DNA of 64,000 nucleotides from NCBI RefSeq assembly GCF_044704955.1, contig NW_027253674.1, positions 434,001-498,000 of the forward strand, read 5' to 3'. Source of the DNA: Pristiophorus japonicus. Taxonomy: Eukaryota. The notes under the pieces are model-generated. The model had not been told where the DNA came from, searched no databases, and saw only the letters and a program-made list of their open reading frames with translations. Position numbers and translations under genes: made by a program. The stretch's first letter is position 1. The number at the start of each line of letters is the position of its first letter. Below, piece after piece: positions 12,380 to 24,249 of the stretch.

Positions 12380-14451
12380 GAGCAGGGAATGTAGAGACTG
12401 GAGGTGAGGAAAGGCGATGAAAGGAGCAGAGAGGTGAGGAGGGGAGAAGAGAGAGGACAGGAGGCGGGAGGGGAGTAGGCGAGAGGAGATGAATGTGGAG
12501 GAGAGGAGAGGAGGGGAATAGGAGAGCAGAGGTGAGGGGAGGAGATGCGTTGAGTGGAGAAGACAGCAGAGCAGAGTAGAGGATAGGAGGTGAGAGGAGA
12601 GGTTGGAGGAGGAAAGAGAGAAGATGAGCAGGAAGGGGAGGAGGGTTTAGTGGAGGAGAGGATAGAGGAGAGGGGAAGTAGAGAGGAGAGCAGAGCAGAG
12701 ATGAGTAGAGGAATGGAGAGGAGAGTTGATAAGAGGTAAGGAGAGGACAAGAGAGGAGAAAAGAGGGCAGAGGAGAAGATAGGAGAGGGGAAGAGAGGAG
12801 AGGAGGGGAATGGAGATGAGAGTGTAGGGGAGATGGTAGGAGAGGAGAGTGGAATAGAGGTGGGGAGAAGGTAGGGGAGAGAAGAGAGATGAGAGGTGAG
12901 AGGAGGAGAGGAGCGGAACGCAGAAGGGAGGAATGGATGGAAGTGGAGAGGGGAGAGAGGATGCGAGGGAAGGAGAGTAGAGCAGAGGAGAGGGGAAGGG
13001 CGGCGGGAGAGTAGAGGAGAGACCATCAGAGGAGAAGAGAGGAAGAGAGTAGGGAGAGCAGGGGCGAGAAGAGATGAGAAGGGAGGGGAGGAGAGGGGAG
13101 AAGAGAGGGGAAGTGGGGAGGAGAATGGAGGGGAGAAGAGCTGTGGAGAGTCGAGCAACGGAGAGGAGAGTAGAGGAGATGAGAGGAGAGAAGAGAAAAG
13201 AAGAAAAGGAGAGAGGAGGGTAGTAGATTAGAGGAGAGGAGAGGATGAGACATGGGACAAGAGAGGAGAGTAGAAAAGAGGGCAGGAGAGGAAAGAAGAG
13301 TGGGTAGTGGAGAGGTGAGTAGAGGTGAATGGAAAAGAGGGGTGGTGAAGTTAGGGGAGAGGAGAGGAGAGAGAAGACAATGAATGAGAGGAGGAGGTGA
13401 AAAGAGGGTAGAGGAAAGGAGAGCAGATGGGAGGAGAGGGTAGGAGGGCAAGGAGAGGAGTGGAGAAGAGAGGAGTGGAGAGGGTACAGGAAAGCAGAGG
13501 GAACGAGAGGAGCGGGAAGGAGAAGAGAGGGGAGAACATCAGAGGACACAAGTTGAGGAGAGGAGTTAAAATGAAAGGGGAGAAGAGGTGAGACGGAGGG
13601 GAGAGGAGAAGAGGGGAGAATTTAGGGGAGCGGAGTAGAGATGATTGGAGTGGAGAGGAGAGTAGAGATCGAAGCGACTTGAAAACAGGGGGGAGGAGAG
13701 GATAGAGGAGGAGAGGAGATGATTGGACATGAGAGAGCAGAGGAGATGAGAGGAGAATCGAGGAGAGGAAAGGGGAGGAGAAGAGGGTCGGGTGAGGGGA
13801 GAATGGAATAGAGGCATGGAGAAGGTAGGCGAGAGGGGAGAAAATGAAGACATAAGAGAGTTGAGGAGAACAGCTGAAAGGGGAGGAGAGTTGTGTAAAG
13901 GCGGGGAGATGGGAGAGGAGAGAGGAGAGAACGGGAAAACAGGTGAGAGAAGTGGAGAGGAGAGAGGAGGAGATGGGAGAAGGGATGAGCCGAGTGGAGA
14001 GGATAGAGGAGGAGAGGGGAGAGGAGGAGAGAAGATGAAAGGAAAAGGAGGTGAGCAGAGGAGAGAGGAGATGAGAGGAGTGTGGAGGAGAGGGGAGGCG
14101 AGAGGAGGAGAGTTGTGGAGAGGGGAGGATAAGAGGGACGAGCGGAGAGAGGAGGGTAGAGATGAGCAGGGAGGGGACGAGAGTGTAGGGGAGGAGAGGT
14201 GAGAAGAAAGCAGAGCAGGGGAAAGTAGAGGAATGGAGAGTAGATGTGATGAGAGGAGAGGAGAGGAAATTGGAGTGAAGAGGGGAGGGGATTAGAGGAG
14301 AGGACTGGGCAGGGGACAGGAGAGGGTAGGGGCGAGGGTAGGAGAGGAGAATAGAGTAGAGGAGGGGAGAAGGCAGGGGAGAGGAGAGGAGACGAGCATA
14401 GGAGAGATGTGAGGAGAGAGGAGAGGAGAGGGGAGGGGTGAGGAGGGGAGG
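12380..14451. repeat. ~2 kb polypurine (GGAGA-like) low-complexity tract (paralog ~52200-54282)
   Basis: The plus strand is almost purely G/A. The Ser/Pro/Leu-rich ORFs here are artefacts of this composition. Confidence 0.95.
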
Positions 14452-15099
14452 TGTTGGGGTAAAAAGGAGGCTTCTCTCCTTTAAGGTGGACTAACTGATG
14501 TAGTTAAACGACATCTCGCCCAGCTTCCCACTGTATAAAGACCAAGGAAGTAAACAAACGAAACCTCAGGTTTATTGGTTTTATTCCGAGCAATGCACGG
14601 GAAGGTTCAATCTTGGAACCTCTGAAATAGAAGGGTTTTCAAGCATAATTTATACAGGTGTTGGAGAGGAGCTTTCCTCCTGAAAAATCATCGATAGGTC
14701 TATTGCTATTAGCGAAGTTACATTGATTTGTTGACTCTTATCAGACGGGCTGTGAGTGGTACATGCAACTGCCCATCTCTCATCTTTGTTTTGTTCCATT
14801 TTGCCCTCTACCCCAGTCTATCCGATGCCTGGTATGGTTGTCCTGGCTTCTTTATCTCTTCTCAGGGACTTGTAAAGAAAACTGCTGATTTTGGCTAAGG
14901 TTAAGCTATAATATACTGCGTATAAGTGTGTTACACCTTTATAAGCAAGTGTTACATACATAGGTAATTGATAAGTTCACAACCTTCAGCATAATTCTGA
15001 CCCCATATCTACAACCTTATTATTTATCCTTTACAATTCCCCCTAATGGCCCTTGGCTATATGCCCAAGATAGGCCATTTCGCAATTAATTCCACATGG

Positions 15100-17130
15100 G
15101 TGAGCTTCCAGGGGTGACCTTTCACTTGGGTAGTGCTACTTCCCAAGCTCCTGGACCTATCTGTTGGTTTTCCCATCAAGGTTATACTAAGTCCTTTCTG
15201 CCGGACTGTCTGATTTCCCTTTCTTCAATATTTTATCCATAGTACGGACTAGGGCCTGCCTCTTACGTCGGTTACAGCTTTTTAAAGGATAATACTAGCA
15301 AGGTGAGTTCCCTTGCACTACAACCAGTACATTGAGTGCAGCATAGTTCGTGTATAATTCCTTTCTAGCCAATATTTTCTCGGTGTTCGAATTATGCCCC
15401 GCCTGGGGTATCCTCTCTTTCTTCTATTTTTCCTCCACTTGGGGTCTTCTCTATTCTACCGAATTCCTGCCCTGCCTGGCGTATCCTCTATGTTGTCGAA
15501 TGGCGTTCAATTCAGTCCAGTTTGTTTCTCGTTCAGTTGGAGTATTGGTTTTCCTTGTTGTCCGATGGCCTTCACATAACCTCCTCAGGTACTGTCCATC
15601 ATTGCCCCGTCGATCTTTCCTCCTTTAGCTCAGGGGTTGTAATAAACCCATTTATATCTGTCTCGTCAAGTGGAGTAAAGCAGAAGTCAATATCCATAAT
15701 GGTGCATGAGGTGTTCCTTTCTTCATTTCAGTTGCCGTGGTGCTCACACATCAATCTCCATATCCTCGTGAAACAGCGATAATTTTGTAGTCCTGTGTTA
15801 GTGGGGGTGATGCTCAAGGTGCACCCGTCCACTTGGTTATATCCACAGTCATCTTTGATCATTCGTAGTGGATCTCGACATAAAGCAACTTGGTTATTTT
15901 TATAACAATCTATATATGTTGAGACTCTTAGTACTGTTGTTCTCTTCAATTACATTTCTGGTTTGTCATCATACCACACGCGAGTTTGATTCATTTTTAC
16001 TCCTACATTGTTTGATGTAGAGTATCTACCATTGTCACATCATACTGTCATATAGATAATAAAAAATCTATTTAATGTGCGGTAACACAGCTGGCCTTTG
16101 AAACCCAAGCATGACTGTTTCTCTGAACCTCGCAGGCATGAGTCATGTTTTTGTCTAAGGTCCAGTTGGTAAATATATCGAGTGTTATCCAATCCGGCAC
16201 CTTTCCAATCTGAAGCTTTTCAATGTTATGTTGTATTCCATTCAGCAACCATACTCCATATCCTACACATACTAGTTCTGTCTGTATGGTTTTACTTAAG
16301 TTCGTTTCTGCTCTATTCATTTATATTTCTGGCGTGGTCTCGCAATGTGTGGGCCAGTTTAATAATTCCCTTTCTGCGCCATTACCCAGTTGTGTCTGTA
16401 ACTTTTCATGATTCTCATCCCTTTCCAGCAATCGCTGTAAGGTTTGTGTTTGGGCATTAACTCGATCATCTATCGTGTCTGGCTCTATAGGTTGCAACTC
16501 CCGCAACGTATCCCACCGTATACCATTTCTAGCATCCCTCTTTTTCCCCTGTCCCGTTTTTTACCTGACCCTCTTTCGACAATAAACTTCATGGTTTTGG
16601 ATTCAGCGCCTTTAGTGCTCGAAGGATCATGTTTCTATACAGGCTTATACTGTTTAACCCGCAGATGTTGGGGTAGCTTTATTGTTTAATTTTAGGAATA
16701 CAGTAATTATTCGCTGAAGTACCCTGAAGTGTATCTTATCCTTGGTCTACCTTATCAATTTCTCTTTTGCCCCAGTGTTCACAGTTGGACACGTTTGTGG
16801 CGCTGGGGGTGTGATGGTCGAGGCCCTGGTAATGCTCACTGTTGCTAAACTAGTGGATGGGACCGTGTTGGTGGGTCTATCTCTGGAGATATCCCTCCAC
16901 CACCATTCATAGATGTTAGTGAAATCTGCACCCCCTTCCCCTGTTGCAGTATGTTTGTCCCTCCTGATTATAAAACACACCGCGGTCTTATTCCCACTAA
17001 TTATGGTTCTATATTATTGGCTCATCCCCAATGTTGTTTCGTTTCCTTGTAACGTTGTTTTATGCCCGTTATTTAACTCTACTGTTGCTCCGTCCGACAC
17101 CATCAGTGTTTTTGATGTTTTATTAAACTA
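15100..17130 (-). pseudogene. env: ERV-A env remnant (paralog ~54950-56970)
   Basis: It lies between IN and the PPT. A furin site RGKR at 16539-16550 is followed by GMLEMVYGG, a heptad region and Cys-rich segments (CYKNNQVALC..DCGYNQVDGCTL). There are many stops and frameshifts. Confidence 0.75.
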
Positions 17131-17258
17131 ATGTCGCCCAAGTCCCTGTAATACAGGCCTTGCCATCCCTCAGTCTGTTGTCCCTGATATGAGGCTGCGT
17201 TACTCCACGTTATTTCCACGAGCTCTCGAGTCCTGCAAAAAGCAATATTTTCCGGTCG

Positions 17259-19760
17259 TCACTGGTTAGTTAGTGACCATGCTTTTTTAACTGGGTCCAG
17301 AGTTTCCACTTGCCGATACTCCTTATAAGTACCATAACTTACCATGATTACCTGATAGAGACCGATCCATTTGGATGCGATCCCGAACCTCTCTGGGGTA
17401 ATCTCTTGACTGCCTATTTGGGGTGTTTGGTATTTCTGTTTCTTAGTGTCATTCTCTAAATCCATCACCAGCATCTGGACATCAAGCTTATCATGTTGGT
17501 TCTACCTGTATGGACATACCCGTGGTATAAATTTAATAGGCTCCCCTGGATGCATTCCGGGGCCACCACATTCCCATCTTTTCTCCATATCCCGTTGGTC
17601 CCTTGTTTGACCCATCTCTGCTTCCACTCCTCCTGTTCCTGCGGAGTGGCCTCTCCCTGTACCTCAAGCATATTTACTTCCTCAGGCCCAATTTTACATG
17701 CTCTGCCTTGGGCTTCCCCGGCCAGTGTACCTGCCACACGCTTGGCTGCTTCATTTGTCCATGCATTCCCCTGTTCATACTGATCATTATTTTTTACGTG
17801 TACTTTGATCTTTATTATCGCACACTCCTGGGCTAGGAAGGAGGCTTCCACTAGATGTTTCCCAATCTCCTCATGTTTAATCGGTCCTCCTCCTGAGGTT
17901 GTGTATCACCGTCTGCTCCAGGCTATCATATAATCATGCTCTACTCCGAAAGCATATCGACTGTCTGTATAGATATTTACTCATTTTCCCCCAGCAAGCC
18001 TCAGAGCCTCAGTGAGAACCACTAATTCAACCACTTGAGCTGATAGATTCTCTTCTAACCGTCCTTCCCCTTTGACCTGACCGCTGCGATCTACCACGAC
18101 CCATCCTGTCTGTGGTGTCCCATTGATATAGCGCCGAAACTCATCTACATTTCGATCCATGTCTGCCTCCTCAAGCAGGGTTTCACTTGCCTGACTACTT
18201 CCCTCATCTTCTGTTGTGCTACACTGATGCTCCTCTCCCTCTGTAATGATCCACCCTGCAGACGTCTTTTATTATTGTTACCGTCCCGTTGGGTGGGGTG
18301 GGGGGTGGCGGGAGAGGAGGGGGGAGAACATTATTTACCACCTCGCCATTTGTGCATCGAATACATTTTTAGCCTTCCAGTGTTAAGTTATTCTACTAAT
18401 GTACGCTGGGTATGTAGAATAATGCACCCTGACATTATTATTGGTTCGTTAACTCTGATGGCCCAAGCCGCACAGTCGAGGGCAGCAACGCACCTGGACA
18501 GTCCTGCAGCTACAGGTTGCGGTTTATCTGAGTAATATGCCACGGTCTATGCCTGTCGCCATGTAATTGAATCACTACCGCGTTATAATGATGGTTAATA
18601 TGGTAGGTATAGACGTGAAAGGGCCTATTCTGGTCTGGTAGTCCCAGGGCTGGAGCAGTTGTGAGAGTTTGTTTTAACCGCACACATGCAGTTTCTTGAT
18701 CTAGGCCCCAGTTTACTGGCTCTTAGGAGGGTTTCCACCCTTTGACCTGTTTCTGTATAGGTTAGGCCACCTTGGCATATTCGGGAATAACATTTCTGCA
18801 GTAGTTTAATAACCATAGTACCTGCCTGACCCCTTTCACGGTTCCTGGTCTGGGGATTGATTGAATTGTTCCATACTGTCCTCGGGCATCTGTCTCTTCC
18901 CTTCCGATATTATGTATCCCAGATATGTTACTTCGCTCCATCTTTCTCCTAAGTCTACTGGTTCCAAAATCATTGACAATATTCGATGAAATATGCTCCA
19001 GCTGTTATTGAATCCCAGTGGTACCTTCGCCCATGTGTATTGTTATCCATTTACCTTGAAGATAAATTTTCCTTGAGACTCTTTGGCTAAGGGAATGGTC
19101 CAAGTTTCATTCACTATATCCAGCATGGTGAATATCTTATGATCTGGATCCAGGCCATTAAATATTGTGGCTGGACTTGCCACTATTGGGTGTTCTCCGG
19201 AAGTCAACTTATTCAGGGTGGTATAATCGATAGTCAATCGGTAAGACCTGTCGGGTTTCTTCATCAGCCACACAGGTGAATTAATGGAGGCTATTATATG
19301 TTTCAATATACTTTGCTCCTCTAATTCATGCACTATCTGACAGACCGCTACCTCAGCTTCGGGTGTTAATTGGAACTGTCGGTGAGCTTTGTGTTCGGGT
19401 CCAGGAATTTTGATGGGTGATATCTCTGCTAATCCATAATCTTGTTTGCATTGTGCCCACAGAGTCGGGTATAATTGGCACACGCTACCCCATACACCCT
19501 TTGTTTCCCACTCGGGTTGGATTACGGTTGTTCCTACCACTCGTTGCTGCTGGTGTCCCGGGTTTTCGAACTTAATTCGGTTTCGTGCTTATCTCCCAAA
19601 ATTATCCGATTACACTGAAGAGCTATCAGTACCCCTATCTCCCTTAATGTATCGCTGCCTTCTGTATGCCTTCTTTATGTTGCCTTCTGTATTCTGACAG
19701 CACCAAAACTGAACAGGTAGCATAACCCCTGTACTTCGACAACACCATCTCACTTAGGGT
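17259..19760 (-). pseudogene. pol: ERV-A pol remnant (PR-RT-RNaseH-IN) with internal deletions (paralog ~57093-59600)
   Basis: RT motifs NSPVWLMKKP..YRLTIDY..LNK and LDI.N..W.IPL are present, as are the linker LTSAPALGLPD (read from the paralog), RNase H GNAWTNEAAK, the IN HH motif YHGYVHTG and C-terminal KWIGLYQV. Confidence 0.9.
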
Positions 19761-19829
19761 TGCTTTCTGATATCCCCCACTCTCTCCTTGTATGTTGATG
19801 GTCCTATGGGTCAGGGGCAAATCTAAGTT

Positions 19830-21000
19830 GGTTATTGGGTGTTCTCGGGTTGGGGCGGTGGTGGCCGTGGTACTAGTGGTGCTGGTACCTGTCTGAGCAT
19901 GTCCATCAGATCTTCCCTGGTTAATGGTATTCCCTTCTTTGCCTGTTTGTGGTCTCGCCATCCAGCGCCTTCCTCATAACTCCAGCAATCTTTGGCCAAA
20001 TGTCCAAGTTTACCACAATTTTGACATGTCCCTTTAGAATTGCTGTAACGTCTGCTTTTCTGCAGGCAATCCCTACTGAAGTTACCTTCCTGATTGCAGT
20101 GTAAACATATCAGTGGAGCTGCGCGGGAGTCTGTCTCTTCCTCCTTCGTCTCTGCTGCTAACGCTGTTGCTGCTATTTTTGCTCATTTATCCCTTGTTCT
20201 AACTTTAACCACTCTACATGTTCTGCCCATTCCAAAGTTTCATCATAATCATCTCCTGTCTTAAATACTCACTTAATTATCTTTAGATGTGCCTTTCCTA
20301 GTCCATCCTTAAACATTTTCAAGAATGCTGCATCATTTCTGTTGCGGTCATCAGACCCAGAGTGGTTTTTGTATTCAATCCACTTTCGTTCCCCGTACTC
20401 CCCAACCTTTTTCCCTGCCTTTTGAGTCACAGTATTCTACTCCAGTCTTTTGTCAGAGTTCTGTATCTCTACTATTTTGCTTTAGCGGGTGGTAACTTAT
20501 TCAATAGAATTTGTCTCCTGTGGGCTGAGGGGCACCTCCTGTATGGTAATGTGGGCTGCTCTACATCCGCTGGAGCGAATGGTGGTCGTGCGTATCAGTG
20601 CCACTGATAAATAGCCATTATCATGTGCTGGGGCCCCTCTACTCCAAACTCATTATCCCTGTCTGATTGACTGTTGGGTTGGGGTTGTGGACTGCACTTA
20701 CCCACCTTGGGGTACATTATCTCTATTACCGTAGGTGATGGTGCTATGGTTGTGCTCTGCACTATCTATCTGGTCCTGTCTTTTTCTCTGCCAGCTTATT
20801 TATCTTAGCTTCTAACTCTTGAATTTGATGTGTTTAAGTATCTATCTGTCCTCTGTAGCAGGTGAGTCTTATTACATAGGCTTTCTTCGTTTTGTTTTCA
20901 TTCTGAATATCCCCACATTTCTTCTGTCTGTCAGGTGAGTCTTTTTTCTTTTATTAAGAAATCCAAACTAATAATGTCCAGTATAAAATATCTTTCAATG
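19830..21000 (-). pseudogene. gag: ERV-A gag remnant with two zinc knuckles (paralog ~59664-60800)
   Basis: Paralog ORF 59664-60059 reads CLNCNQEGNFSRDC and CQNCGKLGHLAKDC. An N-terminal coiled-coil QIQELEAKINKL is also present. Confidence 0.82.
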
Positions 21001-22221
21001 GAAAGGGTAAACTCCACTACAGGTTTGTAAGAAGGTCTGGCATCATTACGTGACTTCGGGTATCCATCTGAAAATATTACCCCAAGTCTTTGTGCTTTCA
21101 AAACTTGATAAGAAATTAGGAATCCGTTAAAATAGCAGATATTGTTGGTAAAGTTGTCAAAATAAAACTTTCTCAGCGGGAAAGGCAGCATTTTAGATTA
21201 AACTCCAATTTCTCTACACATCCAATTCAAATACGTGCCAACGAGTTTTTCATTGATTTAAAGCGAGACCACACATTTTAATAGCTATTTTGTTTACAGA
21301 AATCCAATTTCCACGCAAGCTATATACATTCCAGCATTTTGTTTTTTTATGGTCCCGTTCACTGAGCAAATCTTGTGTTTTATTTCTCTCGGCACAAAAT
21401 CTAAACTTCGGTGCCGGTCCATCTTTTTAAGAATCCTGTAATTCCCAGTTTTTTCTTTCTGTGCTGAGTTCACATAGCTTAGATCTTTTCCCCCTTTTGA
21501 ATCTGAAATTAATCATTTTTTGATGACCTTACTCCAGTCCATAGTTAAACATCTTTGTTTCTCTTCCTCGGCACAAAGCGTTGTCGGGTTTAACTCATAA
21601 GTTTTTATATTTCAACCAATATCCTTTTCACAGCCAATTTAAATGTCGTTTCTTCAAATTAGGTTTTGTATTTTGATGATCTTCCTCCAGTCCATTTTGC
21701 TCAACATCTTTGTTTCTCTGCAGCTTTCAAGGTCACATTTCTATCTTTTGATAAAAACAAACTGTCCTTTGTAAATTCAATTTGATATCCAACATTTTTC
21801 TTTTCTTTTATTAATTTTCCATTTATCTCAGCGAGCATTTTATCCCACTGGCCAGTTTTCCTAGGATCCTGGGGTCCCACCCCACGGTTTAGGTTGTATT
21901 CCTTCTTGTTTGCACCGCACACGATCAATACCAGCTTCACTGTGTGATTACCACGTCATGCTTCAGGACATACACCTTATATTTCCCATAACGATCGCTG
22001 GGGTCCACTCCCCATGCGGTTGCATTCCTTCTTTCTCAGGCATACACCTATCCCACCCTTGGTTTTCAGCCATCTGTGGTTCGTTATAAGTTGTCCTACA
22101 GCTGACCCCTTCAAATTCTTTATACAAATTAACTCCTTCCCCGTCAATGCTACAGCTGCATGTGGTAAAAAACATGCTCACTACCATTTAGCTGTCACGT
22201 GATCCAGGTCGGAAGGTCTGC

Positions 22222-22239
22222 ATCCGGTTCATGACGCCA
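22222..22239 (-). promoter_or_regulatory. Primer binding site of ERV-A (tRNA-Ser CGA-like)
   Basis: Plus strand ATCCGGTTCATGACGCCA matches 16/18 to the vertebrate tRNA-Ser(CGA) 3' end ATCCTGTTCGTGACGCCA (recalled, not searched). It abuts the LTR. Confidence 0.8.
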
Positions 22240-22840
22240 AATGTTGGGGTTAAAAAGGAGGCTTCTCTTCTTCGACGTGGACTAACTGATATAGTTCATC
22301 GACACCTCACCTTTCTCCCACTGTATAACGACCACGGATGTGAACACACGAAATCCCAGGATCAACTGGCTTTTATTACGAGCAATTGCAAGGGAAGGTT
22401 CAGTCGTGGAACCTCCGAAATACAAGAGTTTTCAAGCATAACTTATACAGGTTTTGGAGAGGAGCTATCCTCCTGCAAAATCATCGATAGGTCTATTGAT
22501 ATCAGCGGAGTTACATTGATTTGTCGACTCTTATCCGACGGTCTCTGAGTGGTAAATGCAACAGTCCATCTCTCCTCATTGTTTTGTTCCATTTTTCCCT
22601 CTACCCCAGTCTATCCGACGGTTAGAGTGGCTGTACTTGCTTATTTATCTCTTCCTCAGGGACGTAAAAAAACTGCTGACCGGCTGTTTAAGTATTACAG
22701 AGGTTCTGGAGTCAGTTCAATGCGTTATACATTTGCACTATACCTACATAAGCAAGTGTTACCTACGTAGCAATTATAAGTTCAAGACCTTCATCGTAAT
22801 TCTGAGCTCCTATTTGCAACCTTATAATTTATCCCTTGAC

Positions 22841-24241
22841 GGGGTCGATGCAAAGCCTCCATCATTGTTCCCCATGAGTCCTCTAATTGTTTGGTGAGAC
22901 GTTTATTCTCTCTGCTTAGATCTTCATTTTAAATCTCAAGATTTCCTAATTGTTTACATTGCAGCCCCTACGTGAATTGCATTGATACTCTGCTGTTGGA
23001 TTACTGCAGTAGCTGAGGCAAATTGACTGCAAATTCACAATTTTCTGTTTAATGTCTGAATCTATTTTCTGCAATTCTTCATTCTTAGCCGAATTTTTTT
23101 TTCCAGTTCTGATATTTTATCCTCTAATTCTTTCTTGACCTTTGATTGACGTCCTGCGAAGTACGAAGCTGCACAGGTGACTAGACTCATCGCCTTACCC
23201 AGCTTCCATTTCTTAGCTTTAATCTGTTCATCAATAAAAGTGACCGTATCCTAAAGGGATACATTCGGATTCTTCCCTCAGCAATTTAGCAACAGTGTCT
23301 GCACTTGCGTTTCGTCACATCTTTTTTCTAACTTTTTCTGATACTCTTCCAAGAGACACTCCTCCGGCATCTGAAAATTAATTATTTTTAAGTAAGCTTC
23401 CTTAATGAAGATAACAGTCACTAGCAGTTGACGTAAATCAACCTTACACAAGATTTGATCTGTCTTGCATCTGCTGGTGACACACAAGAACTTGTTTTCA
23501 AATAGACAGAAAAAATTACAAGAGTTCCCAATTAACTTGATTATTGAGTATATTGCATTTTGTTCAATATCTCTTTGTTTTGTTCCTTCGTGGTCGCCAG
23601 ATGTAGTTTTTAACCAATGAGTAGCTTTTTGCCGCTTTGCTAACTATAGCAATTCAGCTATTTCCAGGGTATATACTTAATTCAAACTGGGAGACTCTTG
23701 TTCACATCATACCAAATACTTTTAATACAGGTATAGTGAGTAAAAACAGTGTTTTATCAAGTAAATTACATTCTGTTACAAAAAGTAATACTTAACAAAT
23801 TATAGTCACAGCCTAATTCTCGATAGCGTCCTCTCGAGCTGACCGTGGTGCCGACTCCTTATCTCCTGTTCGCTTGATTCGCACTGCGTTCTGAGTAGAA
23901 GAGCTGTTACTTTATACCATTTTTCTCCCATTCAAAAGCTGTGAAAAATTACAGCTGTTGTCGCCTTAAAGTAGATCATATTATCTACTGCCTTTGACTT
24001 TCTATGTTATCTCTATCTCCCTCCCTCTCTGTGGCAGGAATCACTTCTCTGAGAACAATTATACAGACCATGGTCACACAGAATTCATTACTGAGCTTGG
24101 CTTTACAAAAATATGACAAGAACTGGTACGCAATGTATACCTTTATGTTATTGATTAATAATTTTGGCCTTGAAGCTTTATCAGCAGTTACAAAAATGGA
24201 TAAAATAATAATGACTCAATTTTAAAATTATGCTTTGTTCA
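22841..24241 (-). mobile_element. Third ERV remnant ERV-B (LTR ~23602-24240, PBS-Arg 23582-23599, coiled-coil gag N-terminus)
   Basis: Plus strand GTTCCTTCGTGGTCGCCA resembles the tRNA-Arg(TCG) 3' end and is followed by the LTR terminus tgtag. A degenerate frame reads KKELEDKISELEKKN. The LTR outer edge is uncertain. Confidence 0.68.
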
Positions 24242-24249
24242 TGTTTGTA

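Larger units (their letters stand above)
1795..22157. repeat. Segmental duplication copy 1 (paralog of 41631-61978)
   Basis: Colinear near-identity begins at tgtaaatctc and ends at ccgtcaatgctacagc. Duplicated ORF pairs run throughout the ORF track at ~39.8 kb offset. Confidence 0.97.
14452..22840 (-). mobile_element. Defective endogenous retrovirus ERV-A, copy 1 (3' LTR 14452-15035, PPT, env, pol, gag, leader, PBS, 5' LTR 22242-22840)
   Basis: Two homologous LTRs both start tgttggggt. PPT AGGGGGAAT adjoins the 3' LTR and a PBS adjoins the 5' LTR. RT, RNase H, IN, zinc-knuckle Gag and Env remnants occur in retroviral order. Confidence 0.9.

Noticed and set aside
12361-14202. Long Ser/Pro/Leu-rich and Gly/Glu/Arg-rich ORFs (also 52183-54033)
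   Set aside because: They are by-products of the GA/CT low-complexity tract, which rarely contains stops.
12380-14451. Ig class-switch (S) region
   Set aside because: It is not upstream of Cmu, it is poor in AGCT motifs, and canonical S regions are not described in sharks.
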